This document shows positions 12,300-25,200 of a DNA stretch of 64,000 nucleotides, one piece after another. Under the pieces are notes generated by a model. It was not told the origin of the DNA, did not search any database, and saw only the letters and a list, made by a program, of their open reading frames with translations. The position numbers and the translations under genes are program-made. Within the stretch, counting starts at the first letter, position 1. The number at the start of each line of letters is the position of its first letter. This stretch comes from Chiloscyllium plagiosum (Eukaryota), in assembly GCF_004010195.1 (NCBI RefSeq), contig NC_057753.1:8641182-8705181 (forward strand). Reading direction: 5' to 3'.

Positions 12300-13530
12300 C
12301 TGCAAGAAACATAGAGAGGTAAGTTGTAGAATGTGTCAACAGAAGTAATATATTGATGGTGATTCTATCACGTTCTAATCTGTAGTGTTTGAACTGACAC
12401 GAGTTAAATTAGTGCAAAACTCTCAGTTGGACAAACAATTTAAATGATTAGCCAACAAATACCTTTCAATAAATCGGAATTTTGAATGTGCAAACTATGT
12501 GATTTTTATAATTACATTGTAAAACGTAGACAAAACTGCAATGTATTCAACTTGAAAGCTAAAGAAAACAAAACGAAAAGAGTACAAAGGAAAATGTCAC
12601 AAATTAAACAAAGTCCAAAATAAGTTAAGAATAATTATTGCAGTTCATGGAATACATTGAGGAGTATTACTATCAGTGTAAACTTGAGCGTCTTAGGAAA
12701 AAGAAATGACAAGTTCTTCACGTTTACAGACACATAGACCAGCCTGTTGCAGTAGGCCACCATAGACTAGTATGGTTCCACAAACTGCAGAGAGTGAGAT
12801 TTACTCTTGGCCTGGAATGTTATCATGAGGTCTGAAAAGAACAATTATAAAACCCATGAAGAATTGCAGACGTTAGGCAACGCAATTATTAATTTCCTCC
12901 ATGTTATGCAACCTGTACATTGATTATCAACATCTCATGTATGAAGCAATAATATAGTTTTTCCTTGAAAATAAATGTTCAATCGAATGTCTTGATCAGG
13001 CGTTTGATGTTGCAAGTGATATTTGAGTTCAGAGTTACAATTTGGAACAACAAGAACATAGAACTGCGTAAAGATTAGAAAACTGGGCAAAGAGGGTTTC
13101 AACTGATGACAACGATTGTACTATCATTTTTAAAGAAGTCAACTTCATAAATGCACGTCTATTGTTCAACTAAGCGAAGGGGTTCAATGCGTAATTTTGT
13201 GAAAAACAGACTCAAATTAAAATATTCATCGAATCCATTACAGAGGGAATGATAGCATGAGTGAACAACAGCGATTCAGACTTTTCGTTAATGGATGATT
13301 TATGTTTCATGATATTGCAGCAGTCAAAATAATTAAATCGTGCCATTTATGATTTGAGTCATCTGGTAAATTATGAAATCTTCAACAGATCACTTTGTCT
13401 TTACATTGCACTCAATTATCGACCGAAAGACTTCGCAGTGTTTTTCTTTTTTCAGTACTAATGAAAAAATAGCAAAACAAAAACGGTCATGCTAGACCTC
13501 CCCCGAACTAACTTGATCAATTAAGATGAG

Positions 13531-13818
13531 GAGGTGCTAGTGTTGGACTGGGGGGGCGGGGACAAAGTTAAAACAAAAATACAGCAACAGGTTATAGTCC
13601 AACAGGTTTATTTCGACGTACTAGATTTCAGTACCTTCGTCAGGTAGCTAGTGGGCCAGGATCATAATACACGGAATTTATGTATCAGTTGCTTGGCAGT
13701 ATGATCATTTGCTATAAATTCTATGTCTTCTGATCCTGCCCCATTAGCTACCTGACGAAGGAGCAGGTAGCTTCTAAATAAACCGGTTGGACTATAACTT
13801 GGGGTTGTTCAATTAAAA
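13531..13818. mobile_element. Penelope-derived fold-back element with hammerhead remnants, in the intron of gene A
   Basis: Inverted arms: gttatagtccaacaggtttattt..ccttcgtcaggtagcta vs tagctacctgacgaagg..aaataaaccggttggactataac. Shares gtgttggactgggg with the 17518 element. Confidence 0.75.
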
Positions 13819-14810
13819 CAAGGTTGTATTATATTTATCTCCTAGTTTTCATGTTCCTTACAACACCTGTCGAACAGAAATACATCAAAGCGATTGTTGT
13901 CATTTTTAGTTGACACCAAGCCTGTTATTTTTTGCATGGGGTGTAATCTGAGAAATAGGGCCTGACAGTTCAGGATAGATATGAGGACACACTTCTACAG
14001 ACAAAAGGTCGTAATGATTTGGAACTCTCTTCCAATAATGGTAAATGTTAATTGATGAGAGATCAATTGTTCATTTTAATGCTGAGGTAGTTCCATTTCA
14101 GTATAACAAAGTTAGTTAAGGATCTGAGTCTAACGCAGCTATACTTTATTCAGGCACAGATCAGCCATGATTTCACTGAATGATAGAATAACGTAATGGG
14201 GTTGAAATGGCTTACTCCTGTTCCTATGTTCCCGTATTTGGAATTTACCCACATATTACAAATCGTATCTTAAGAAGAAAAAGTCAAGATGGCCAAACTT
14301 GAATTATTTGTTTATGCTGCACTATTCTCGCTCGGTCAACAGTAGACAATCTAATCTCATGCAACTTAACACATTTTTTCATCATCTCCTTCCCCTCTTC
14401 ACAAATCACGTTCCTTGTTGACACGTTACTGTGACATCATTTCAGGGTGAGGTGAGCGAGTAAGTAACCAGAAACATCTTGTGTGGCAGTGGGATGAATC
14501 TGCACTCTCACATTGTGCCAGTGGATCTAACCGATCCCCATTGATAAAAGCATTTTGTAATCATTTTTACTCTGCAATACTAATTGCATTCATCTAATCT
14601 TTCCTGAACACATAAGATCTGTTGTTATTGCACTAAATAATCCTCTGTAAATGACATCCGCATTTCTTGCCCTGACGCTCAACTTCCCTTTCCAGCCAGC
14701 ACTTTGTCATGTATGTTAGCCAGGCCAAAAAACATCTCAAACAGAAACGTGACATGAAAAACTGTAAGAAACGGAGCAGTAAATATCATTAATTTGTTGC
14801 ATCAAAATAC

Positions 14811-14880
14811 CTGGAACAGCGATAGCTGCAAGTGCAGTGTAGTAAATGGCATATGCCAAACCTGTTGGTGGGGCATGCAT
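14811..14880 (-). CDS. GPR139/GPR142-like GPCR gene A, coding exon 1 (MHAPPTGLAYAIYYTALAAIAVP + G)
   Basis: 70-nt exon from ATG to CCAG|gtattt. Phase 1 matches exon 2, giving ..AVP-V-NVVAIVILSR. Same length and similar sequence to gene B exon 1. Spliced product 319 aa. Confidence 0.88.
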
Positions 14881-14948
14881 ATTCAATAAACAACTCAGAG
14901 CGGCCAGCGTCGTCTCATTCGGTCTTCATTTGAGGTGCAAAGAATCTG

Positions 14949-15003
14949 TTATTATAGCTGACGTTAAATCCCATGAGGGAAAGTTAGAGAATATCCTAAT
15001 TGG
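14949..15003 (-). promoter_or_regulatory. Putative proximal promoter of gene A: TATA-like, O/E(EBF)-like and homeodomain sites
   Basis: TATAATAA on the minus strand (14956-14949), TCCCATGAGGGA (14969-14980) and CTAATTGG (14996-15003), 70-120 bp upstream of the ATG. Confidence 0.4.
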
Positions 15004-17517
15004 TATCAGGTTACAATAACTGAACAAACACAGGCAGTGATGTCACCATTTACATTAACTACTGTGATTGAATAAAGAAATGAGTTTCTTGCCTTTAAAC
15101 TTTGATATAATACAGTAAATAGGATCACCACCTCACCACGTTTAAACATAAACATTTAAGAAACAGGAAAAGAAATGAAAAAAATAACGAAACTTCTGTT
15201 TTCAGTCCCACTTAATATGACTAACTCTTAAATTCACCCTGAACTGAATGTGCTATGCAGTCAGATATATCAAAGAAACAGAAATGAACAGAGTCAGTAA
15301 AGTCACTGCAGCACTGGTACCCTTATTTGCAAAATCACTGGCAGAAATGGCACGAGGCAACAAACGACATCAGTTAATCGTCAGATCTGCTCTCACATAC
15401 CTCCACATTCCTTATAATCTTAGGAAATTGCAAAATAACTAATATGCACAGAAATTGCATTATTAAAATGTCGAAATATTTCGAAGCAGTTTATTTTTAT
15501 TTTCCCGATGTGTTACTTCAGTTTATTTAAAAATGCAGTTTCTGACATAGAATCTTTAATGCGTTTATAGAATGCACAATCAAGCACTTCCTCTCAACAC
15601 TTCACATACATCACCTTACAAACAAACCTAGAAAAAGAATCGTAGATTATCTTGAAGTGTGCAATGTATGCTGTTCGTACTTTTAAACCTATGGAACTTT
15701 AAAGATTTTTGATGTTTGCACAATTTGAAAAGTAAAAACATATGTTTTGCGTTCAGATAAAAACTCATCGGTCATAGCTTACCATACTGATATGGTATGA
15801 AAATATCTGTACAATATTTGAAATTACTATTGCTCTGTACTTGAATTCAAGTAGAGTTAATGCGGTTTGATTACCGAAGCGAAGGTAGGTCAATCATCAA
15901 AACATTTCGTGAATAAAACTGGTGTGTAGTCATTAGATTCTGTTAAGTTTCTATCTTCTAGTTTCCTTTCTCTTCAGCAATTATATTCACCTCTTTCTGC
16001 TGTTGAGTTGCAGGTTGTCCTCTGGCAGAATGTTCTTTATCATCTTTCGGAGCTCCTCTGTTCTTCTGTTGATCGTTCTTCAATTCTTCCACCATCAGCT
16101 GTACCTCCTCTGCCACCAATGGTCAGTGATTCAGCAGCTGAACCTCTTCTTCCTTGGTCAGTCTTTGCGGAAGCATAGCTCGAATACACGTGATTATAAT
16201 TTCTGTGGTCTGATGTAAGTATGGTGTTTTGGAAAATACTTTTAAGTCTCATCTAATATTGTGTTGACGTTTTGCTGACCAACACTATTCTTTTTACTTT
16301 CACTTTATTTCCGTTGCTGTTTAAAATCATTCAGAAAATTAAAGACTTCATTATTAGTCAGCATTGCAGTAGCTGCATCATTTACCTCCATTCTGTCTTC
16401 GCTCTCTGGCCCTAAGAGTCGCTCTGGCCTATAGAGGACAATTGAAATGCAATGACATTTGGAATATAGACAATGAGACACAAAGCAATGCTAACCTCTA
16501 AAAAAAATCCAAAGTAATCACCGTGCATTCATTGAGTTACATTCCAAGATGCAACAAATCAGCACCTTACTTATTATCAATAACCATGAGGATTGTTGGA
16601 GCATTCAGGGATATTAGGGAAAATTAAATATCAGTAAATACAAGCGGAATGAGCTAAATCCGTCTCTACAGAGTATTTCTACCTCTTTCATTGCACTTAT
16701 TTAACCTGCTGATTGTTCCCTCCATAAAGGGGAAACCTTTCTTCCTGCACACCATATCTATGCCCCTCACAATTTTATATAACACATTAATGCTTCCTAT
16801 CAGTCTCTCCTACTCTAAGGAAAATAACCGCAGTCAATTCTCGTTTCTTTGTCAAATTATTCTCCACAAACGGAAGAAAATCTTAATGCAATTAAAATTT
16901 AGCAATGCGAGAAGTTATTACGAAATGATGTCCATCATCATAAGGAAAGAAAATTCAGTGGAAAGAGCTTTAGGGTTGTTTTGGGGTAATCCGGAGGTTG
17001 TCGATGTCTGGTAGGCATGGACCAGGAAGGTACTTGAGCCAAGAAAGCTCATAACCTTTAAAAAGGTAATTGGATGAGCATTTAAAGTGTCACAACAATC
17101 ACGTCTATGGACATGGTACTGGAGACTGGGGTTAGTGCAGTTTTGTGCATTTCCTTTGATGGTACTGTCTTGATTGGCTGAAGGGCTTCTTCTGTATTGT
17201 GTGATTCTATAATTCTATGTCGCTACGATTTCAAGATTCGTAGTTCGGACTCTGTACATCTCAGTATTTCTTGCTCAATCTGATTGATTCAGAAATTTCA
17301 TTCATTTTTGCATTTGTTAACTCCACGGAGGCACATCCGACCCGAGTGGACTGAAGCCGATTCAATCAACATTGCCTGAAAAGTATATGGTAGACTTTGC
17401 AGGCGCAAAACGCATTTTGATGGCAGTGCCAGCTCCTTTTACTGTCAAAGACAAAAATCTGGGCATTGCAATCGATCAGGATTTACTTAGTGCATGGTGG
17501 AAAATAACATGATGCGA

Positions 17518-17698
17518 AAGTTAAAATCACACAACACCAGGTCATAGTACAACAGATTTAATTGAAAGCACTTGCATAATTTAACCACCTGATGAAGGAA
17601 CAGCGCTACGAAAGCTAGTGCTTCCAATTAAACCTGTTGTTCTGGTGTTGTGTGATTTTTAACTTTGTACACCCCAGTCCAACACTAGCATCGCCAAA
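17518..17698 (+). mobile_element. Penelope-derived fold-back element with a central minimal hammerhead motif
   Basis: Arms aagttaaaatcacacaacaccag..aattgaaagcact and agtgcttccaatt..ctggtgttgtgtgatttttaacttt. Core cac CTGATGA AGGAACAGCGCTAC GAAA G CTA gtg at 17586-17620. Confidence 0.8.
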
Positions 17699-18882
17699 TA
17701 ATGGTTGCAGTATATAGTTGATGTGATATGTTTCCTTTTGAGAAAACGTTCTACTTAACCCAATGTTTCGCCTTTACTTTGAACATCAACATCATGCCAA
17801 ACTGCGTTCAGTGTCTGCTGTCTACTAATGAAACAACTATTCATCTCTGTCTGGGAAGCCAGGATCTCATGTCTGGCGTCGTGTTTCCCGTCAGTTTTCG
17901 AAGTTTTGGTGGATAGACTCTCCATATTTTTAGTTCCTACAGTTCCATCGGAAAGCATTTTATTCGAATGGCAATTGTTATCCTGTTTACGTTGCATGGA
18001 CTAGATGCTAACGCATTAATTCTCACAGCTACTTAGGAATGTAATACCGCAGAGCTTGCCTCTGAGTATGACAGTTTTATTGACAGAGCGAAACATTGAG
18101 GAATATGCATTGTCAACTGACCTGTACCCTGTATAACTGATTTTTAAATTATTATTAAGATCTAACGCACAAGCCAAAACGGGTGTTTGACGTTCGCATG
18201 CTTAAGCTTAACAGATGCAAACAGCAGTCCATAGTAAGACCGTACTTTGCTGACCAAATTACTCACCATGTTTATGAGTTGTATCTGAATATTGTAACTT
18301 CCAGAGACACACGGGCAATTGCAGAGACTTTTGTCATCTCTGATCACACGATTAGAAAACTGCTTATCCTTTGAATCTATTTCTGCCCCCCAACCCCCAT
18401 CCGAAATTTTACTGGTCAGAACTTACGATAATCACGATACGTTTTCCTCAATCTCACATTCATCTCTCCTTCGTCCCATGTTGCAATATTTAACTACAGA
18501 AAAAAATCTTCAAAATAAACATAGAGACTCTAAACATGCATAGACCATTCAACACATTGACTTGAACTCGCATATGCCCAGAAAGTATCAGCTCCACTCA
18601 TGATATGACGAATACATGTTGTTTTACAATCAATTCAGGGCAGAACGAAAGTGAAGTTAACAATAGACAATGAAACGATCTCGACGAAATTCATTCGTAA
18701 ATTGTCAAAGAATTTGAACTAGTTTTCCCAAAATTGCAGCTGTCTATTCAATTATATCCTGCTGTAGTAATGTGAAAACATTGTGAAAAGTAGAATCTAG
18801 AATTGAAATTTGCATTTGTTACCACACGGGGTTAGCCCATCTGCTCATTTAAACCAAACACACGGAAAAGTTCATTTTGCCT

Positions 18883-19556
18883 CGTAATCTAGTAAAGTAT
18901 GAGTGACAGAGAACTACCCAGATTCCAGTATTTAAAGAAAAAAAATGGCAATTTATTCTTTAACTTCAAAAGAAAATTTTAAGGAACAACTATCTACCAC
19001 TGTAAGCCTCATTTGCCTTAACGATTTATCTACCTCCCACTCCATAACAATATACAGATCCAATAAAGCCCATATAAAATTGACATCAATTTTCAAAACC
19101 AGTTGTTGTCTTCATGTATCGAACGTCCTCTGTCTGTTGATTTCCCCAGGGTCGAACTCGTTCTTCTGCAGCAAAGATATTTTGTATGAAATCGGTATAT
19201 TTTGGAGTGTCCATCTGCAGGCAACCTATCGATGGCAGTAGATGTTCTTTATCTCCAGCTAACTATTGAAAATACCTGCTTTTTGTACATCAAAACATCA
19301 GATCGTCTCTTAGGTTTGATGTTGGCAAAATAGTAACATTCAAATTCGATTGGGTTTTAGTATCTTGGGGCATAATTTAAACTAATTGGTTGAATTCGAT
19401 GGTTGTGAAAACAACTCATTATCTGAGTAACAGCTCAAATGTTACGCCTTCACATCCAGTATACTCTGTCCCTGCATTCAGTCACATGACAGGTGCTTGC
19501 CAACTTTTCGACTTTCATTCTCTCTTAAAGGTACAGGACATCCCTTTATCTTCACA
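18883..19556 (-). mobile_element. Probable solo LTR (Gypsy-type)
   Basis: Begins TGTGAA on the minus strand at 19556, like the LTR at 42557, and shares ccagattcca..tttaa(a)gaaa near its other end with the 41925-42557 LTR. No clear TSD. Confidence 0.4.
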
Positions 19557-19584
19557 GCACACTGCATCAGATCCTTGCATATTG

Positions 19585-20660
19585 ACTGGTGTACAGAGTA
19601 GTGATAAATGACTCCCTTTCGGAATGGCATGCAGTGACCAGTGGGGTACCCTAGGGATCAGTGCTGGGACCCTGCTTTTTACAAATTATACTCATGATAT
19701 AGAAGATGGTATTAATAGTAACATTTGCAAATTTGCTGATGATACAAAGTTGGGTGGCAGGGTGAAATATGAGGGGAATGTTAGGAGATTATAGGGTGAC
19801 CGGGACAGGTTAGGTGAGTGGAGAGATGCATGGAAAATGCAGTTTAATGTGGATAAATGTATGGTTATCCACTTTGGTGGCAAGAACAGGAAGGCAGATT
19901 ACTACCTAAATGGAGACAAGTTAGGTAAAGGGGCAGTACAAAGAGATCTGGGTGTTCTTATACACCAGTCAATGAAGGCAAGCATGCAGGTACAACAGGT
20001 AGTGAAGAAAGCTAATAGCATGCTAGCCTTCATAACAAGAGGGATTGAGTATAGAAGCAAAGAGGTTCTTCTGCAGCTGTACAGGGCCCTGGTGAGACCA
20101 CACCTGGAATATTGTGTGAAGTTCTGATCTCCAAATTTGAGGAAAGACATTCTGGCTATTGAGGGAGTGCAGCGTACGTTCACGAGGTCAACTCCTGGAA
20201 TGGCGGGACTATCTTATGTTGAAAGATTGGAGCAACTGGGCTTGTATGGCCTTGAGTTTAGAAGACTGAGAGGGGATCTGATTGAGACGTATAAGATTAT
20301 TAAAGGATTGGACACTCTGGAGGCAGGAAGCATTTTTCGCTGATGGGTGGGTCCTGAACCAGAGGACAGAGCTTAAAAATAAGGGATAGACCATTTAGGA
20401 CAGAGATGAGGAGAAACGTCTTCTCCCAGAGAGTGGTGGCTGTGTCGAATGCTCTGTCCCAGAAGGCAGTGGAGGCCCAGTCTCTGGATTCGTTTAAGAA
20501 AGAGTTGGATAGAGCTCTCAAGGATAGTGGAATCAAGGGTTATGTTGATAAGGCAGGAACAGGATACTGATTGAGGATGATTAGCCATGATCATAATGAA
20601 TGGTGGTGCAGGCTCGAAGGGCAGAATGGCCTACTCCTGCATCTATTGTCTATTTTGTAT
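19585..20660 (+). mobile_element. 5'-truncated CR1 (RT C-terminus + 3' UTR)
   Basis: KFADDTK, ORF 19837..20127 (RPHLEYCVKF) and 3' end gaatggcctactcctgc..tattgtctatt. Confidence 0.9.
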
Positions 20661-22231
20661 ATAAAAACACACAAAGGTATGAGGGGATTACTCGCCAAAG
20701 ACTGCATTCAATGCCCATTCTTAATTAACTCTAGTTCTGCAGTTATATGTGAAGCTCATCTTAGTAGAAAGGAAAAGGCAGAGTTTTGCAACAAAAATGA
20801 ATCAGATGATTTTTTTTCCTCCCTATTATTGATAATGGTTTTGTGGTCATCATTAAGCTTTTAATTCTAGATCTTTAACACTGAATTCAAGTTTCACCAT
20901 CTGTTTTGGTAGGACAGTATTATTGTTCCCCCTTCAAAAATAAATACCAGGGTCTCACGATAAAATACTGAAGAGAAACAACAGGTCCTACAGAAATTCT
21001 AGAGCGAAATCACAGAAAAATGTTTGGACCCAGTGAACAGTTTTATTTTCACAATAAAAATTTGAATATTCTGAAAAATGGTCACTGGAACCAAAGTGTT
21101 AACACTGCTTTCTCTCCACAGTTGTTGCCGTCTCCATCAAATTGTGCTGCTGTTTCAGAATTCCAGCATGTGTTTTTTATTGTCCTCCAGCATCATAGTT
21201 TATTAATACTGACAGTATACCATTAAATCTCTTAAATTTTGCTGATTGCTTTTAAGTAAAACACGTAAATCTGAGGCAATAGTGGTTAGAATCTAATTAT
21301 GGAACAAACGTCTGCAAATTATTAACTAAAATGTGTTTGAATCTACTACTTGCCTTTAGTTAGTATTCGTTAGTATTTTGGGCTTTTTTTCTCGAGTGAA
21401 CATTGATTATAAAAGAAACTGCGATTAATCTTCCTATGATTGTAGGTTGTTAGGAATTGAAAACGACTGTGAAAAAATCTGATATTTGTGACTATTGCAA
21501 AGACAATCGAGAAGAAGAGCTCAATGTCAATGTGTGGCTCGAAATTCATTGAAGAAATGGTATAGAGGGACAAAAATCAGATTTTTCTAAATAGAGAAAT
21601 GATGTGCATCAAACAGTTGTAGACTAGAATGTACAGGATAAACCCGATAAGTGGAGAGATCAGGAGAAAGTATGGGTTCAATCAGAAAAAGAGGGAAGAG
21701 ACGTTCCAGAGGGACGTGGATAGCTCTCAGTTGTTCTAGCTTACATTTCACAACGCGGGAAAGGGAATGAAAGAAGGTAAAAGTGAAAGACGAAACATGA
21801 AAACAAACGATAGCTGGCGTCTGGGCAGAGGTCTTTGTATCCGTTTCCCTTATAAGTAAAGTCACAGAAAGTTAAAAATATACAATGTTTTTCCTTTGGT
21901 TAAGAAGTGAAATAGTTTCACGCCAGGAAACTATAGGTCTGTGAGCCTTGCATCCTTGGCCAGGTCATTATTAGAAAAGGACAGACTTTAATAATTTTTG
22001 GGAGCTAATGGTTACTCAAGTGTAGACAGCATGATGTCATGCCGAGGAGCTCTTGTCTCACAAAATGCATTGTTTTCTTTAACAAATAACTGAGCTTATT
22101 TGCCTGGCATAGTTGTTGTCTACATGAACTTTTGTTAAGTATTTGACAAGGGCATTCATGGTTAGCTATTCCAGAAGATTACTGCTAATAGAAACAATCC
22201 TAAATTAGCAAGCTTGATATATCATTAGATT

Positions 22232-25200
22232 GGTCATTGAGTCATTGAAATGTACAGCATGGAAACAGACCCTTCGGTCCAACCAGTCCATGCTGGCCAG
22301 ATATATCAACAAAATCTAGTCCCACCTGCCAGTACACGGCCCATATACCTCCAAACCCTTCCTATTCATATACCCATCCAAATGCCTTTTAAATGTTGCG
22401 ATTGTACCCAGCCTCCATCACTTCCACGGGCAGCTCATTCCATACACGTATCACCCTCTTTTTGAAAAGATTGCCCCTTAGGTCACTTTTATACCTTTCC
22501 CCTCTCACCCTAAACCTATGTTCTGGACTCCCCGACCCCAGAGAAAATACTTTGTCTAATTATCCTATGCATGCCCCTCATAATTTTGTAAACCTCTATT
22601 AGCTCACCCCTCAGTCTCCGATGCTCCAGGGAAAAAAAAACCCAACCTGTTCAGCCTCCCTGCAGAGCTCAAATACTCCAACCCTGGCAACATACTTGTA
22701 AATCATCCTTGTGTCGTTTCGTGACCAGCTATCCTTAGCAGCCATACACGCAGATGACAAGCAACATGAGTTCAACTGGGACAACACTTCTATTATAGGA
22801 CAAGCCAAACAGAGAACAGCCAAGGAATTCCTAGAAGCATGGCACTCATCCACTGATTCTATCAACAAATACATCGACCTGGATCCAATATACCAGCCAC
22901 TGCAGTGGACAGTTGGAACTGACAACCGGAAGCGGCAGAGACAAACCACTGTAAATGCCGGAGGAAACATCACAGAAGCTCTTCACAGGAGGCTCCCAAG
23001 CACTGAGGATGTCACCTAGACCAGGGAAGAAACGTCTGCAACACAAATTCCCAGCTTGGTGAACAGAACCACAACATCCTGTACAGCCGCAACATGACAT
23101 CCCAACTCCTATCCTCAATATTCTGACCAATAACAGAAAGCATACCAAACGCCTTCTTCACTGACCTATCTACCTGCGATTCTACTTTCAAGGAGCTATG
23201 AATTTGCACTGAGAGGTCTCTTTGTTCACCAACACTTTCTAGGACCTTACCATTAAATGTATAAGGCCTGATAAGATTTGCTTTCTCAAAATGCAGCACC
23301 TCACATTTACCTGAATTAAACTCCATCTGCCACTTCTCGGCCCATTGGCCCATCTCATCAATATCCTGTTGTAATCTAAGGTAACGTTCTTTGCTGTCGA
23401 CTACACCTCCAATTGTGGTGTCATCTGCAAACTTACTATCTATACTTCTTATGCTTGCATCCAAATCATTTAGATAAATGTCAAACAGTAGAGGACCCAG
23501 CACCGATATTTGTGGCACTCCACTGGTCACAGGCTTCCAGTCTGAAAAATAACCCTCCACCACCACTCTCTGTCTTCTACCTTTGAGCTCGTTCTGTATC
23601 CAAATAGCAAGATCTCCCTGTATTCCGTGAGATCTAACCTTGCTAACCACTCTCCCATGGGGAGCCTTGTCGAACGCCTTACTGAAGTCCATATAGATCA
23701 CATCTACCGCTCTGCCCTCATCAATCCTCTTTGTTACTTCTTCAAAAAACTCAATAAAGTTTATGAGACATGACTTCCCACGCACAAAGCCATGTTGACT
23801 TCCCCAATCAGTCATTGCCTTTCCAAATACAAGTACATCCTTTCCATCAGGATTCTCTTCAACAACTTGCCCACCACCGATGTCAGGATCACTGGTCTAT
23901 AGTTCCCTTACTACCCTTCTTAAAGAGTGGCACTACGTTGGCCAACATCCAGTATTCCATCATCTCACCTGTGACTATCGATGATACAAATATCTCAGCA
24001 AGAGGCCAAGCAATCAATTCCCTAGCTTCCCACAAGAGTTCCCGGGTACACCTGATCAGGTCCTTGTGATATATTCATCTTTATGAGTTTCAAGACATCC
24101 AGCACTTTCTCCACTGTAATATAGTCGCTTTGCAAGGTGTCACCATCTATTTCGCTAATTTCTATATCTTCCATATCCTTTTCAACAGTAAATACTGATG
24201 CGAAATCGATCGTTTCGTATCTCCCCCACTTTCTGCGGCTCCACACAAAGGCCACCTTGGTGATCTTTGAGGGGCCCTAGTTCTCCATAGTAACCCTTTT
24301 GTCCTTAATTTATTTGTTAAAATCCGTTGGAATCTCCTTAATTGTATGTGCCAAAGTTGTTTCTTGTCTCCTTTTTGCCCATCTGATTTCCCTCTTAAGT
24401 ATACTCCTACTATCTTTATACTTTTCTAAGGATTCACTCGATCTATCCTGTCTATACCTTACATATGATTCCTTCGTTTTCTTAATCAAACCCTCAAACT
24501 CTTTAGTCATCTAGCATTCCCTATACCTACAAGCCTTTCCTTTCACCTTAACGGGAATATACTTTCTCTGGATTCTCGTTATCTCATTTCTGAAGGCTTT
24601 CCATTTTCCAGCTGTCCCTTTACCTGCAAACATCTGCGCCCAATCAGCTTTTGAAAGTTCTTGTCTCATACCGTCAAAATTGGCCTTTCTCCAATTTAGA
24701 ACTTCAACTTTTAGATCTGGTCTATCCTTTTCCATTACTATTTTAAATCTAATGAAATTACTGTCACTGGCCCCAATGTGCTTCCCCACTGACACCTCAG
24801 TCACCTGCCCTGCCTTATTTCCCAAGAATAGGTCAAGTTTTGCACCTTCACTAGTCGGTATATCCACATACTGGATCAGAAAATTCTCTTGTACACACTT
24901 AACAAATTCCTCTCCATATAAACCCTTACCAATATGGCAGTCCCAGTCTATGTTTGGAAAGTTAAAATCCCCTACCATAACCACTCTATTATTCTTACAC
25001 ATAGCTGAGATTTCTTTACAAATTTGTTTCTCAATTTCCCTCTGACTAATTGGCGGTCTATCGTAGAGTCCCAATAAAGTGATCGTCCCTTTCTTATTTC
25101 TCAGTTCCACACAAATAACTTCCCTAGATGTATTTCTGTGAATATCCTCACTCAACACAGCTGTAATGCTATCCCTTATCAGAAACACAACTTCCCCATC

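Noticed and set aside
12300..12339. ORF-track start MTHSTTYLSMFLA for gene A as a single-exon gene
   Set aside because: It lies in the polypyrimidine tract and acceptor, starts at a non-ATG codon, and leaves TM1 incomplete without the exon at 14811-14880.
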